The notes under the pieces were generated by a model. It was not told the DNA's origin, made no database searches, and worked only from the letters and a program-made list of their open reading frames with translations. A stretch of 63,048 bases of DNA, filler included, from Corallochytrium limacisporum Hawaii (Eukaryota > Protista > Pluriformea), in assembly GCA_002811645.1 (NCBI GenBank). It is 3 parts of 3 records of this genome, joined end to end, with 100 filler letters (N's around TTAATTAATTAA, not from the genome) between each part and the next. Parts side by side here need not be neighbours in the genome. Positions count along the whole stretch, not along the records: positions 31,429 to 61,942 come from PDIP01000067.1; 2 more parts are not named here. One strand, given 5' to 3'. Of the stretch, positions 34,401 to 45,553 are shown piece by piece. The translations under genes and the position numbers were made by a program. Positions within the stretch are counted from its first letter, which is position 1, and each line of letters starts with the position of its first letter.

Positions 34401-36188
34401 GGAGGCGGATAGAGCCGTTGGGGTTAGGACGTCATGTGGGCCCATATCCAACTGCAATAGTCTTTCCTCTGAACGTTTGGCGGTTTCGTGCTGCTGGCTG
34501 TCATGCGCGCGGCGGTGGGTTTTCGGTTCTTCAGACCGGACCTGTCTACCAGGCCTCCCACCTTTCTGAGAAGCGCCGGTGACTGCCATACTAAGAGAAC
34601 GGGGAGAGAAAAATATTTTTGGCCTAAGCAATTTGTTTTGGAGTCAGCGAAAAAAAATGGGGAATTTTTTCCGCAGCTGCTGGAGTTCATTGGGACTGGG
34701 AAGTTTCGGAGGAAAACTGGGGGCACAGCACAGAGGACCCATTTCGTCTCGAGACCTGGACGGTCGGGGAACCCGTTCAATTCATCAATGTGTATATGTG
34801 TGTTTTTAAGGAATATAAATGCATATATTAAGTATGAAAAATATCTCTATATAACTGAGTGGGACCATTAGAACATACAGTTTTGAAGCGTTGTCGTGGG
34901 GACGGGACAGCGGGAAGGGAGGAGAAAAAAGCGGCGTGTGCGACTGTGAACTTTGTTCACAGCATGCTTTGGGGAGGCAACAGCCCCACTGCTCTCGTAT
35001 GCAACGGAAGGGGCCTGCTTCTTGGCTTGCACCCGGGTACACGTTAGCAGCATCTACAAAGAGAAGTAAAGTCGATAGAAGAAAGTTTCATGTACTACAG
35101 ATGGCCAACCAGGTAACAATACCAAGCACAGCAGCGTGCAAACTGAACAGCTATCTGCCACTGGAGAGGGCCGGTGGAGAGCTTTTGCCCACTCAAGAAT
35201 CGGGGAAAGCGGGGGTCTGGTTGGACACATGCCGCTTTCGTCTTCATTGTTCCTATAGCACTCAATCCATAATGCCGGATACATCTGTGGATGGTCAGCC
35301 TCTCAGTCTGTGTGTCGTGGACTGCGACGGCTCACCATTTGCAGCTCTGTCTATATCACAATCCCTTCCACCATAGATTGCTTCCGTACTTTGCGACGAA
35401 TCTCTGCATCCCCTGTCCTCTGTTTGATCCACATTCGCCAACACTGAGAGCGCCCATGCCTTCTTCCGTGAGCCCTTTGTGACAATTTTTTGAATTGTCC
35501 TACTGTGGTCTTGGGAAGCATGCCTTTGATGGATGACACGGTGAGTCACTGTGCTCTCACGGAGACAGGTGTCCCAGCGGCGGTTGTGGTAAAGTGCCCA
35601 TAGTTCAATGTGGTGGTGGTGGTGTGGGTATTAGGTATCTCCGTGTATGTTGTACTGGTCATGTGTCTTCCACAAAATTCTTGACACGGTAGTGTCGACT
35701 GAGTGTTCTGCAAGTGCAATGACAAACCTGAAGAAAAAGGAGAGGCAAACACTTTTACGATACTAAATCTGCGGTTGGAAATTTCGGAGAGCAACGGAGC
35801 GTAATAAAAAAAAGTCTTCTCCTTCAGGCTCAGACTGAGCACGCGCTGTCGCTGCGTATCCGGTTGCGGAGCGGCACCAGTTTGGACTGAGGGAGACGGT
35901 TCGAGTCCTTTTCCCTTCCCCCCGCAAGGGAGTTCTCCGCTCGCGCAAAGTTTTCTCTACTGACCCTCCCTTGCCTCCCGCGCTTGCGGCTACGACATCA
36001 CCACACAAACTGCGTTTGACGGTTGGCGCCCTCCCCCCAAAACCCCCTCCCCTCCCAGGCTCTCCCGGCTAAGCTCAACCTGCACCCCCCCTTCTCCTGG
36101 GCACTCGGTTTCTCGAAGTAGGCCCTTGGGTGGGGGGGGGGAAAGGGGAAAGAAAAAGGGGGGTGGGTCCCGGGGACGAGGGGTGGTT

Positions 36189-36405
36189 NNNNNNNNNNNN
36201 NNNNNNNNNNNNNNNNNNNNNNNNNNNNNNNNNNNNNNNNNNNNNNNNNNNNNNNNNNNNNNNNNNNNNNNNNNNNNNNNNNNNNNNNNNNNNNNNNNNN
36301 NNNNNNNNNNNNNNNNNNNNNNNNNNNNNNNNNNNNNNNNNNNNNNNNNNNNNNNNNNNNNNNNNNNNNNNNNNNNNNNNNNNNNNNNNNNNNNNNNNNN
36401 NNNNN
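36189..36405. other. Assembly gap (N run) inside a G-rich tract
   Basis: Ns flanked by G-runs on both sides. Confidence 0.99.
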
Positions 36406-37159
36406 TGGGTGGGTGGGTTTGTGAAGCGGGCCCAAGGGAAGGGGAGGTAACAGGGAGGAAGGGGGAGGGGGTAGGTGCACTCGCTAGTGCTGAAACAACT
36501 GCCTGTCTGCCCTGGGGGCGGGGTTTCGAGTGGGTCCGCGCCATCGCGGCTTTGCGAACACTGGCACTAATGGAGAGTGGAATGGGTGGATACAATAGAA
36601 ACTCCTTCGCGAGGTGGACGAAATTATGAGCACGCGGGAATGATGCGATGGTTGCCGAAAACAAAGAATGGGACCCGGTGTGGATTTTGAGTTTCTTCGA
36701 CGGTCCAAACCTGCACGCCATGGATGAAGAAGTGTTTGGATGCAAAACACTTTGTAAACATGAAACCGTTGCGAAAACATTAAATGGTTAGCACAGGATC
36801 CTTCGCAACAGGCAGGTATTTCTTTAGCGCGTGCGTGTTGTGTACCAGTATGCTGTGGAGTATGCACGCACGAAGAAGCTATAAAAGTACTTGGAATTCG
36901 GGAGAGATCGAAGTCCCCATCCTTTCATTGAACAAGCCGCGATCCATAAACACAGAAGAGCGAACACTCCATTTTGAGCTTCCTACGCCATCATTTTAGT
37001 TACAAACCCCGGGCATAGTCGTGGAATCACAAAACAGCCGGGTTGCCCACTCCGCTGTTAACGTTTAATCACGAACCTTACCTTGGAACGGCGGTGAAAC
37101 TAGTGTATCGCCGCCTCCGAAGGTTCGAACAACCGAGAGACTTCTACAGACCATACAAT

Positions 37160-38662
37160 ATGATTGAAAATCGGTTGCCCTCAGTCTTTGACACAGGGAT
37201 CGGCTCCCTTGGAGACAATTCCAAGTTGGTCGACGAGTCCTGTACGGTCTGCAACACCGTCGTCGGTGATGCGGACAAAGTGGAACTCAACCAGCGGACC
37301 TGGCACAAAGACTGTTTCAAGTGCAATGAGTGCACACAGGATCTCCAGGGTGGCTCACCCTTTGAGCATGATGGCAAGTTGTACTGTGAATCTGATTTCA
37401 TGGGCAAGTACGGCAAGCGGTGTAAAGCATGCAGTAAGTTCATCACGGGTGATGTAATGAATGCAATGAACCGTTTCTTCTATCATCCTGAATGCTTCAA
37501 GTGTGCCCGTTGTCAGAAGACGATCAAGACGGGCGAAACTTTTGCTCTGAAAGGTAACGACCTTCTCTGTCGCACTGACTATGATCGTCTCGTGCGTCTG
37601 GCCGCACAAGTCCAGACTCGCAACGCTGCTGGCACTGGAGTCGGCTCACCACGCTCAGCAAAAGACTCCCCACGTTCCGCAAAAGGTGGAAAGGACAAGG
37701 AGAAGAAGCGTTTCCGCACTCAAATTACTGAAGAGCAGGTTGACATACTCAAGCAGGCCTTTATTGTGAACCCGACTCCAGACCAAGCTCAGCGCCAGGC
37801 TATCGCACAGCAGACAGGTCTTCTCCCTCGTGTGGTTCAGGTCTGGTTCCAGAACCGCCGTGCAAAGGTCAAGAAGAACGGAGGCGAACTGAACAGTCCT
37901 CCTGCCCAGCCTTCCAGTGCTGCTGCTTACAATCTAGGGTCCTATCAGCGCGCAAATCCACTGTCCGCCATGGCCATTACTGGCCGAGGGCCCATGTCGG
38001 CATCTGCAGCCATGCACAGCATGAGTGCAGAGCATGCCATGATGGCCCGCCGTCGTATGTTTGCCCAACATCCCGAAGGTCTGCCTATGAGCCCCTTGGC
38101 AATGGATTTTGGCGGACTGAGCATGGGCGATCCCGTTGGAGTCGAATATGCCGGAGCAAGATCAGGGGCGCCTCACAGCAGCAGGATGACTCCCTTGCAA
38201 CGTCAGCTTCTAGCTGGAAATGCCAACCGCGGAGTAGAAATTGGCGGCAACATTGAAGCCATGGCTGCCGCTTCCGGCGATGCTAGTGGAGCAGCAGCAG
38301 CAGCAGCTCTTGCTAGCATCGATGCTGGCTTCCCTCTACAGAACTACCGCAGCCGTTCAGTGCCGGAACTTTTCGCTGAGGAAGCTGGCGCTCCTAGTGG
38401 AGTTCCACAGGTTGGTGGCAATGATGCTGATCTCTTCCTGAACGATGACTTCATGAAGAGTCTAATCGATGAGAACGCCCCCCTGGTCATGGACAACAAC
38501 CAGCTCTTCGCCAGTGGAATGGAGGCCGACACGGGTACGAAAATTGAGGATGCCCTCAGCATGGAGGGCAAGCAACTGTCCAATCTGCTTGACGATTCAC
38601 AGGCGAAACAGCCCGGCATGAGTCAGATCAATGAACTGCTTTTTGGCAACAAACAGGTCTGA
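37160..38662 (+). CDS. LIM-homeobox (Lhx-type) transcription factor
   Basis: Two LIM domains (CTVC..WHKDCFKCNEC..LYCESD; CKAC..YHPECFKCARC..LLCRTDY), homeodomain KRFRTQIT..VVQVWFQNRRAK (Q50), acidic C-terminus. First ATG at 37160. Confidence 0.95.
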   Translation: MIENRLPSVFDTGIGSLGDNSKLVDESCTVCNTVVGDADKVELNQRTWHKDCFKCNECTQDLQGGSPFEHDGKLYCESDFMGKYGKRCKACSKFITGDVMNAMNRFFYHPECFKCARCQKTIKTGETFALKGNDLLCRTDYDRLVRLAAQVQTRNAAGTGVGSPRSAKDSPRSAKGGKDKEKKRFRTQITEEQVDILKQAFIVNPTPDQAQRQAIAQQTGLLPRVVQVWFQNRRAKVKKNGGELNSPPAQPSSAAAYNLGSYQRANPLSAMAITGRGPMSASAAMHSMSAEHAMMARRRMFAQHPEGLPMSPLAMDFGGLSMGDPVGVEYAGARSGAPHSSRMTPLQRQLLAGNANRGVEIGGNIEAMAAASGDASGAAAAAALASIDAGFPLQNYRSRSVPELFAEEAGAPSGVPQVGGNDADLFLNDDFMKSLIDENAPLVMDNNQLFASGMEADTGTKIEDALSMEGKQLSNLLDDSQAKQPGMSQINELLFGNKQV

Positions 38663-40861
38663 CCGTCAGGGTCCCAGTTGATATAAAAAAACTTGACACA
38701 ATAAATCCCACACCTAAAACCAACACCTACCTCCAGTTTTCATATATTAAGTATAAAACGAGTCGGTGTTTCTGAGACAGGCTGTAGAGGCTATCTCTTT
38801 GTTTCCATAGAAAATATGAAAGTACTCACGGTGAATGTGTGATCTCCTGACTATGTTCTATTTCTCTATCTATGACTATCCATCCCATAATGCCCACAAG
38901 CTTAATACTCCCCCTTTCGTATAAAGAGCGGGTATCTTGAGGTGCAATGCATGTGCAACTTACCCCCAATCGAAGCGCGTGAGGTTAGCAGTTTTTTGAA
39001 CAAGCATGATGTGCCCTACAAGTACCGGTATTGCTCTTCTGTGCTCATGCATATCCACGGCTTGTGGGTATGTGCAGTGCCTGATGATTGTCCCAATAGA
39101 GCTTGGAAGCTCGACAAAAGACGCGTTGACATCATTGGGAAGGTTTTAAGCGAAGCATGCGTTGGTTGTCCATATTTTCTCTGCACCACTTGAGCGCCCA
39201 GTTCGGACATTGTCTTGATTAAACTATTGGGACACGGTATGTCAACTAGTCTGTTTGTTGTTGAGGTTGTATGTGTCCTCCAACGGTTGGTACGATGAAA
39301 GTTGGCGATGAAAGTGCGGAAGAGGGTGCATGAGCTGAGTCGAACACCGTGCTCATCGCAAGCAATAAGCATTTCCGCAATCCAGCAAAGATCCTCTGGG
39401 AATTGCAGTGACGGAGGGAGGCTGCCGAGCACCGTACAGAAAAAACTCTTTCGCACCTCTCCATTTCTTCAAATCAGTAGGTGGAGGGTTCTCCGGTACT
39501 GAACGTGCTGGGCTCCAGGACACAAATGGTCACAGGAAGAAAATCTTAGGTGCTTATGAGACCTGACGCACTGCCGGACACTGAGACAGAGAGTCTACAG
39601 TCACTGGCGCGGCAAAGGCAGGGCAATGGACACTCGTCCGCCCCTCATTTCCAGAAGTTACTCAGGCCACAAGCCCCCTGACCAGCGCAAGACTGTAGAA
39701 CACAAGGGAAGGGCGGATAGTGTTCTGGTTGTTGGCAATAGTGGAGGTCCCGCCCCAACGGGGGACCCCGGGGGGGGGGGGGGCAGAGAAGAAAGGGAAT
39801 TCGTTTCCATAGAAAAGAGTAGAGAGGAAGAGAGAAACGGGAACGCCGGCCCAGCAATGATATTTTGGCGGTGGTGCGAAAGTTTGTGGCGATAATTGAT
39901 ATCCGGATATCTCTATTTTACATAGTAATCAAGATCAGCCTATATTTGTAAAATATTTTAGAGAGTGCCCGTTACATGTGTGCTTGCCTCATACGTCCAC
40001 GAAAGTTGCCAGTAAAATAGTCAGTGTCTCACATATGCGCAAACCGAACATACCAAGCGTTGAGAGAAGCCAATTTCAAACAGGGCTCACAATGTACTAC
40101 GGATATCTCGCCTCGCCGGATGATACAAGTTTACACCACACTTTTCCCTTCCTTCCGATGGGGAGCTAAGGCGAACTGAAAATCTTTTTGCTTACAGATC
40201 CTGTGTGTGCAAAGACACCCCTAAGCACTCCTTCTGATTTGGAGGGTGTTGCCAATGACAGGAAAGTGTGGAAGCGAGCCAGGAGCGAGAGAGATTGCTG
40301 ACATTCCGACCTGCTCGCCCTCGCGCCCTCATTCTCTCTGGGCCCTCCCTGTCTTCCATCCCCCTTCCTCTCCCTCGTTCCATATTCATATATGGCCCAT
40401 GTGTTCTGTGTGACAAAGAATGAGAGCCCTTTCAGGGATGGGGTAATCGCTCATTACTACCCACCGCTCTCGGGCGGCCTGCGTAGGTCGGCCCCTCCGT
40501 TCCGCATATGTTATGTGTTACGTGTGTGAATGTATGTGTGTTTGTGTGCGTGTGTCGCTGGCTTGGCCTTGCCAGTGTATCGCTCTGTTCACGAAGCGAG
40601 CGGAGCCCACCGATCAAGAAGGAAACCAATGTCAAACACAAGGAGAGCGGCAGTTGGATCTGTCGTGGGCATGAAAGTTAAGCTTTGTTTGGACCAGAAC
40701 GTATTGGTATGGCTTAAGCGGTTGTCATATGTAGCGTGATCAACAGCTACATAAGGCCCGTTGTAAAGCATACAGTTTGTGATGCCAAACAGAGTTTTCA
40801 AGAAAGCAATCGTGTTCCGGGAACGTATTCAACCACGGTACTCCTATAACCCTAACCAATA

Positions 40862-43800
40862 ATGGAGGACGTCCCGAGCAACATCAACTTCGCAAAGGCG
40901 GAGCAAGACACCCTCAAGGTCTGGAGGGAGAACAAAGTCTTCGAGACCAGTGTCGAGCTAAGCAAGGGTCGGCCTGAGTTCTCGTTCTACGACGGTCCTC
41001 CGTTTGCGACCGGCCTGCCTCATTACGGTCATTTGCTGGCTGGTACTATTAAGGACATTGTCACACGGTACGCCCATCAGACCGGTCACTATGTAGAACG
41101 TCGTTTTGGATGGGACACCCATGGTCTGCCGATTGAGTATGAAATCGACAAGAAGCTGAAAATTAATGGACCGGAAGATGTGCGCAAGATGGGCATTGAC
41201 AAGTACAATGCTGAGTGTCGAGCTATTGTCATGCGCTACTCTGCCGAATGGGAGCGCACAGTAGAGCGGCTAGGGCGCTGGATTAATTTCAAGAACGATT
41301 ACAAGACTCTGTACCCATGGTTCATGGAGAGCGTCTGGTGGGTGTTCAGCCAGATGTTTGAGAAGGGTCTGGTTTATCGGGGATTCAAGGTCATGCCTTA
41401 CTCTACTGGCTGTGTGACCCCCCTAAGTAACTTTGAGGCCAATCAGAACTACAAAGACGTCGTTGATCCCAGCTGCGTGGTTGCATTCCCTCTGGTAGAT
41501 GAACCTGATGTAAGCATGCTGGCCTGGACGACCACTCCGTGGACCCTGCCCTCGAATATGGGCTTGTGTGTGAACCCGGATTTTGAGTACGTTCAGATCA
41601 AGGACGGTGAGTCAGGCAAGCAATATATCCTACTCGAATCGTGCCTGGGTGCAATTTATAAGAATCCCAAGAAGGCAAAGTTTGAAATTGTGAAGAAGAT
41701 GAAGGGTATTGATCTCAAGGATAAACGGTATGTCCCATTGTTCCCATTCTTTGAGGAAGAAATGAAGGAAACTGCTTTCCGAGTTGTCTGCGGCAGCTAT
41801 GTAACGGGCGGCGACGGTACCGGTGTAGTCCATCAAGCCCCTGCCTTTGGTGAGGACGATTACAATGTTGCTCTGGAGAACGGCATCATCACCAAGGGAG
41901 GCAAGCTGCCGAACCCGGTCGATGAGGTTGGCAAGTTCACCGAAGAGGTACCCGATTTTGCGGGTATGTATGTCAAGGACGCGGACAAGCACATCATCAA
42001 GGCAGTGCGTGAGAAGGGTCGCCTAGTCAATGACAAGGAGTACAAACATAGCTACCCATTCTGCTGGCGCAGTGACACTCCTCTACTGTATCGTGCGGTT
42101 CCTTCTTGGTTCGTAAAGGTGACCGACATCAAGGATCGTCTGTTAGACGAGAACTCAAAGACGTACTGGGTGCCCGATCACGTCCGTGAGGGTCGCTTCC
42201 AGAGCTGGCTGGAGAACGCTCGCGACTGGGCCATCAGCCGCAACCGCTACTGGGGCACTCCGATTCCGCTTTGGGTAAGCGAGGACTTTGAAGAGATCGT
42301 GTGCGTAAGCAGCATCGCCGATCTAGCTGAAAAGTCCGGCGTCAATGTAGACGATCTGCACCGTGACACCGTGGATAAGATCACCATCCCGAGTAAGCAA
42401 GGTAAGGGTGATCTGCGCCGCATTGACGAAGTGTTTGACTGTTGGTTTGAATCTGGTAGCATGCCGTACGCCCAGAAGCACTACCCCTTCGACAACAAGG
42501 AAGCCTTCGAACAAGGTTACTTCCCTGCTGATTTCGTTGCCGAGGGTATCGATCAGACGCGTGGTTGGTTCTATACCCTCATGGTCATCGGTGTGGCACT
42601 GTTCGACAAGGCTCCGTTCAAGAATCTGATTGCCAACGGTCTGGTTCTGGCCAGTGATGGCAAGAAAATGTCGAAACGATTGAAAAACTACCCGGATCCC
42701 AATGAGGTTCTTGACAAGTATGGTGCCGATGCTCTCCGGCTATATCTGATCAACTCACCCGTCGTGCGTGCGGAGGTTCTTCGCTTCAAGGAGGAGGGTG
42801 TTCTCGGAGTATGTAAGGATGTCTTCCTGCCATGGTTCAATGCCTATCGCTTCTTTGTACAGAACGTCTATCGCCTGGAAAAGGAGGAGGGCATCAAATT
42901 TTCCTTTGACCCCACTCACCTGCACCGCACCGGCAACATCATGGACAAGTGGATTCTGGCCTACACGCAGGATCTGGTTGGATTTGTGCGCAAAGAAATG
43001 GCAGCATACCGTCTGTACACTGTGGTGCCCCGTCTGCTGCAATATGTGGACAACCTGACGAATTGGTATGTCCGTGCCAATCGGCCTCGTATTCGTGGCG
43101 AGGTTGACACCGCCGAATGTGAAGCGGCTCTAGACACCATGTGTACTGTGCTCTTCACCATGGTCCGCATCATGGCTCCCTTCACTCCTTTCCTCACTGA
43201 GTACATGTACCAGAACCTGAAGAAGGTCATCAAGGGCCATGACACACCCGAAACGGCCTCGGTGCATTATCTTCTGATCCCTGAGGTTAACCAAGACCTC
43301 ATCAACCCTGACATTGTCAAGGCCGTGAGTCGAATGCAGAAGGTAATTGAAGTCGTACGTGTACTACGTGACCGCGCTACTCTGCCCCTGAAGTATCCAC
43401 TACCGCAGCTCATCCTTGTTAATGATGATGAACACTTTGCTGCGGACATGAAGTCCCTAACTGACTACATTGTGCTCGAGTGCAACGTCAAGGACATCAT
43501 AATTGAGAAAGATCCTGCAGTCTACGGTCTGCAGACCCTGTGTAGTGGTAACCGGGTCACCCTGGGCAAGAAATGCCGTAAGGATGCAGGTAAGGTTGTC
43601 AAAGTCATCAACGAATGGACATCTGAAGACATTGCCAAGTTCCAGGCCGAGGGTAAGGCTACAATCGAGGGCTACGAGATCGACCCCGAGGACGTGCAGA
43701 TTGAGCGAAAGCTCGGCGAGGGCAGCAAACACTTTATCAGCGATTCCACTGACGAGAGCGTCGTTCTCCTTGACACTCGGCGAGACGAAAACCTCCTCCT

Positions 43801-44080
43801 TGAGGGTATGGCCCGCGAAATTGTCAATCGCGTGCAGAAACTGCGCAAGAAGGCCGATCTTGTTCCTACTGATCGCATTGATATTTATTACCATGTGGAA
43901 AAGGACGACAAGGAGGGACATTTGAGCAAGGCTACTGAGCACCAGGCCGACTTCCTCCGGAAGCGTCTTGGCGCTGGCTGGCACCCAAAGACCGCCGACG
44001 TCGACAAATTGATCATTGAGGAGGCCTCCGAGATCACCGACGGAATGCTCCGTCTCTGGATCACGGAACAGAAGTCCTAA
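40862..44080 (+). CDS. IARS1: Isoleucyl-tRNA synthetase, cytosolic type
   Basis: FYDGPPFATGLPHYGH (HIGH), WTTTPWTLPSN, GTGVVHQAPAFG editing domain, DWAISRNRYWGTP, KMSKR. Confidence 0.98.
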   Translation: MEDVPSNINFAKAEQDTLKVWRENKVFETSVELSKGRPEFSFYDGPPFATGLPHYGHLLAGTIKDIVTRYAHQTGHYVERRFGWDTHGLPIEYEIDKKLKINGPEDVRKMGIDKYNAECRAIVMRYSAEWERTVERLGRWINFKNDYKTLYPWFMESVWWVFSQMFEKGLVYRGFKVMPYSTGCVTPLSNFEANQNYKDVVDPSCVVAFPLVDEPDVSMLAWTTTPWTLPSNMGLCVNPDFEYVQIKDGESGKQYILLESCLGAIYKNPKKAKFEIVKKMKGIDLKDKRYVPLFPFFEEEMKETAFRVVCGSYVTGGDGTGVVHQAPAFGEDDYNVALENGIITKGGKLPNPVDEVGKFTEEVPDFAGMYVKDADKHIIKAVREKGRLVNDKEYKHSYPFCWRSDTPLLYRAVPSWFVKVTDIKDRLLDENSKTYWVPDHVREGRFQSWLENARDWAISRNRYWGTPIPLWVSEDFEEIVCVSSIADLAEKSGVNVDDLHRDTVDKITIPSKQGKGDLRRIDEVFDCWFESGSMPYAQKHYPFDNKEAFEQGYFPADFVAEGIDQTRGWFYTLMVIGVALFDKAPFKNLIANGLVLASDGKKMSKRLKNYPDPNEVLDKYGADALRLYLINSPVVRAEVLRFKEEGVLGVCKDVFLPWFNAYRFFVQNVYRLEKEEGIKFSFDPTHLHRTGNIMDKWILAYTQDLVGFVRKEMAAYRLYTVVPRLLQYVDNLTNWYVRANRPRIRGEVDTAECEAALDTMCTVLFTMVRIMAPFTPFLTEYMYQNLKKVIKGHDTPETASVHYLLIPEVNQDLINPDIVKAVSRMQKVIEVVRVLRDRATLPLKYPLPQLILVNDDEHFAADMKSLTDYIVLECNVKDIIIEKDPAVYGLQTLCSGNRVTLGKKCRKDAGKVVKVINEWTSEDIAKFQAEGKATIEGYEIDPEDVQIERKLGEGSKHFISDSTDESVVLLDTRRDENLLLEGMAREIVNRVQKLRKKADLVPTDRIDIYYHVEKDDKEGHLSKATEHQADFLRKRLGAGWHPKTADVDKLIIEEASEITDGMLRLWITEQKS

Positions 44081-44323
44081 GTTTCGTTCTTTGTTGCATC
44101 CGTGATAACACAAACTGCAATTTTATATGACAGGAGTAACCCATGGTTGCAATAGATGTAGCATACAGTCAATTATCAGTAACTCTTTGTGTTGTAAGAT
44201 TTATTGGTGATGAAGGTTCTCGGACAGATGAATAGATCCTAGCCGATCGAACTCCGGCCACGAATCCTTATCGCCTGGTAGAACTGTTCGTGCCTTCCTT
44301 CGCCAATTTCCATACTGGTCGCA

Positions 44324-45046
44324 TCATTGATGTCCGGTAAGCGCGTCAAAGTAACTAGATGGCCGTGCGATGACCTTTGCAACAAAGGAACTGTCATCGG
44401 CCAGGGATATTGATATCGTTTCCGAACCCCGCAGTTCAGCTACCATGCTGGACAGTGAAGACTGTAAATTGTGCAACTGTTCACTGCGTACTTTACGGAC
44501 GTAGGCAGGGTCACTGAGCTTCTGATCTGCCACTGGTGTGGCCAGGAATGTATGGGCAGCTGGCAAAGGTGGCAGATAGTCGGGGAATTGGGACGGCCGT
44601 TCCACTGCTTCCAATCCGAGCACCTCGTTTGCTTTGGCCAAGTTTGTGACAGATTCGCGTCCCGACTGTGCCCGCAATTGTTCTTCCTTCTTGATAAACT
44701 TCGGGGGTGCCTTGTATCTTGGCGGTAATCGTGCCGGACCATCGAGAAAGCGTTGCAGTCGACCAACGTTGCGCTTCATTGTTTCATCGCGGCTGTCAAA
44801 TGCATCCCATTCAGCAGATCTCCCTCCTTGGCAAGAGGCCATCACATCCAGAGCATTTATTCCCATTCTACCCCGAAGTCCTGCATACTCGTTGGATAGG
44901 CCCGCTATCTCCTGCAGGTGCTGCTCCACGGCTTCCTGGAATGCGTGAATGGTACTCTCACCCGCTCCTGAAAAGCCTTCTGCAAGAAGAACCTCGGCGA
45001 TGAGGCCACGCATGGCCTCATGCATCTCACTATGCTCTCTATCCAT
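44324..45046 (-). CDS. TAF8: TFIID subunit 8-like (histone fold plus TAF8 C domain)
   Basis: Bromodomain-associated histone fold at the N-terminus; PDYLPPLPAAHTFLATPV followed by VRKVRSEQ..LQSSL. Confidence 0.8.
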   Translation of the reverse strand: MDREHSEMHEAMRGLIAEVLLAEGFSGAGESTIHAFQEAVEQHLQEIAGLSNEYAGLRGRMGINALDVMASCQGGRSAEWDAFDSRDETMKRNVGRLQRFLDGPARLPPRYKAPPKFIKKEEQLRAQSGRESVTNLAKANEVLGLEAVERPSQFPDYLPPLPAAHTFLATPVADQKLSDPAYVRKVRSEQLHNLQSSLSSMVAELRGSETISISLADDSSFVAKVIARPSSYFDALTGHQ

Positions 45047-45553
45047 ATGGTCGTATATATTTCAGTGGCATTGAATGCTAAATATCGTACTCTTTGTTCA
45101 CATAATCTTTTTGCCGGCGGTAAGCCGCGAACGTCAACAATTGCTTTCTTTACTATCTAAATTGCACAGATCAGCCGTTAGTGACGAGGGAATTCCTCCG
45201 CAATAAATTTTGTAGCTTGAAATCTTCATTACCGTAATTTGAACAACGTGATCAAGCTCTTGTACGAAACCACTGGATTCATGAACAGACGCATAGGATA
45301 ACACGCGCCTTCCTAACCCTCGCCTCTCCCCCCGCAATTCTGGGTGGTGGGGGCATCGCCTCTGGGGCGGGCGGAGGTGGACTGTGAAGGAGGGCGGGTG
45401 GATCAGGGTCTGGAAGCAGCTGAAAGGCCAGCATTGTATGGCTCGCGTTGCTTTGGTACTTTGACTATTTCATGAACAAAGACTCAAATGTTGGCTACAT
45501 GTAAACAGTGTCTTTCAACCTCCTATAGCCATTCCTGTTACCACCGAAATGTC

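Noticed and set aside
35891-35915. tRNA gene
   Set aside because: B-box/T-loop present but no acceptor stem, D-arm or anticodon arm; kept only as a low-interest finding.
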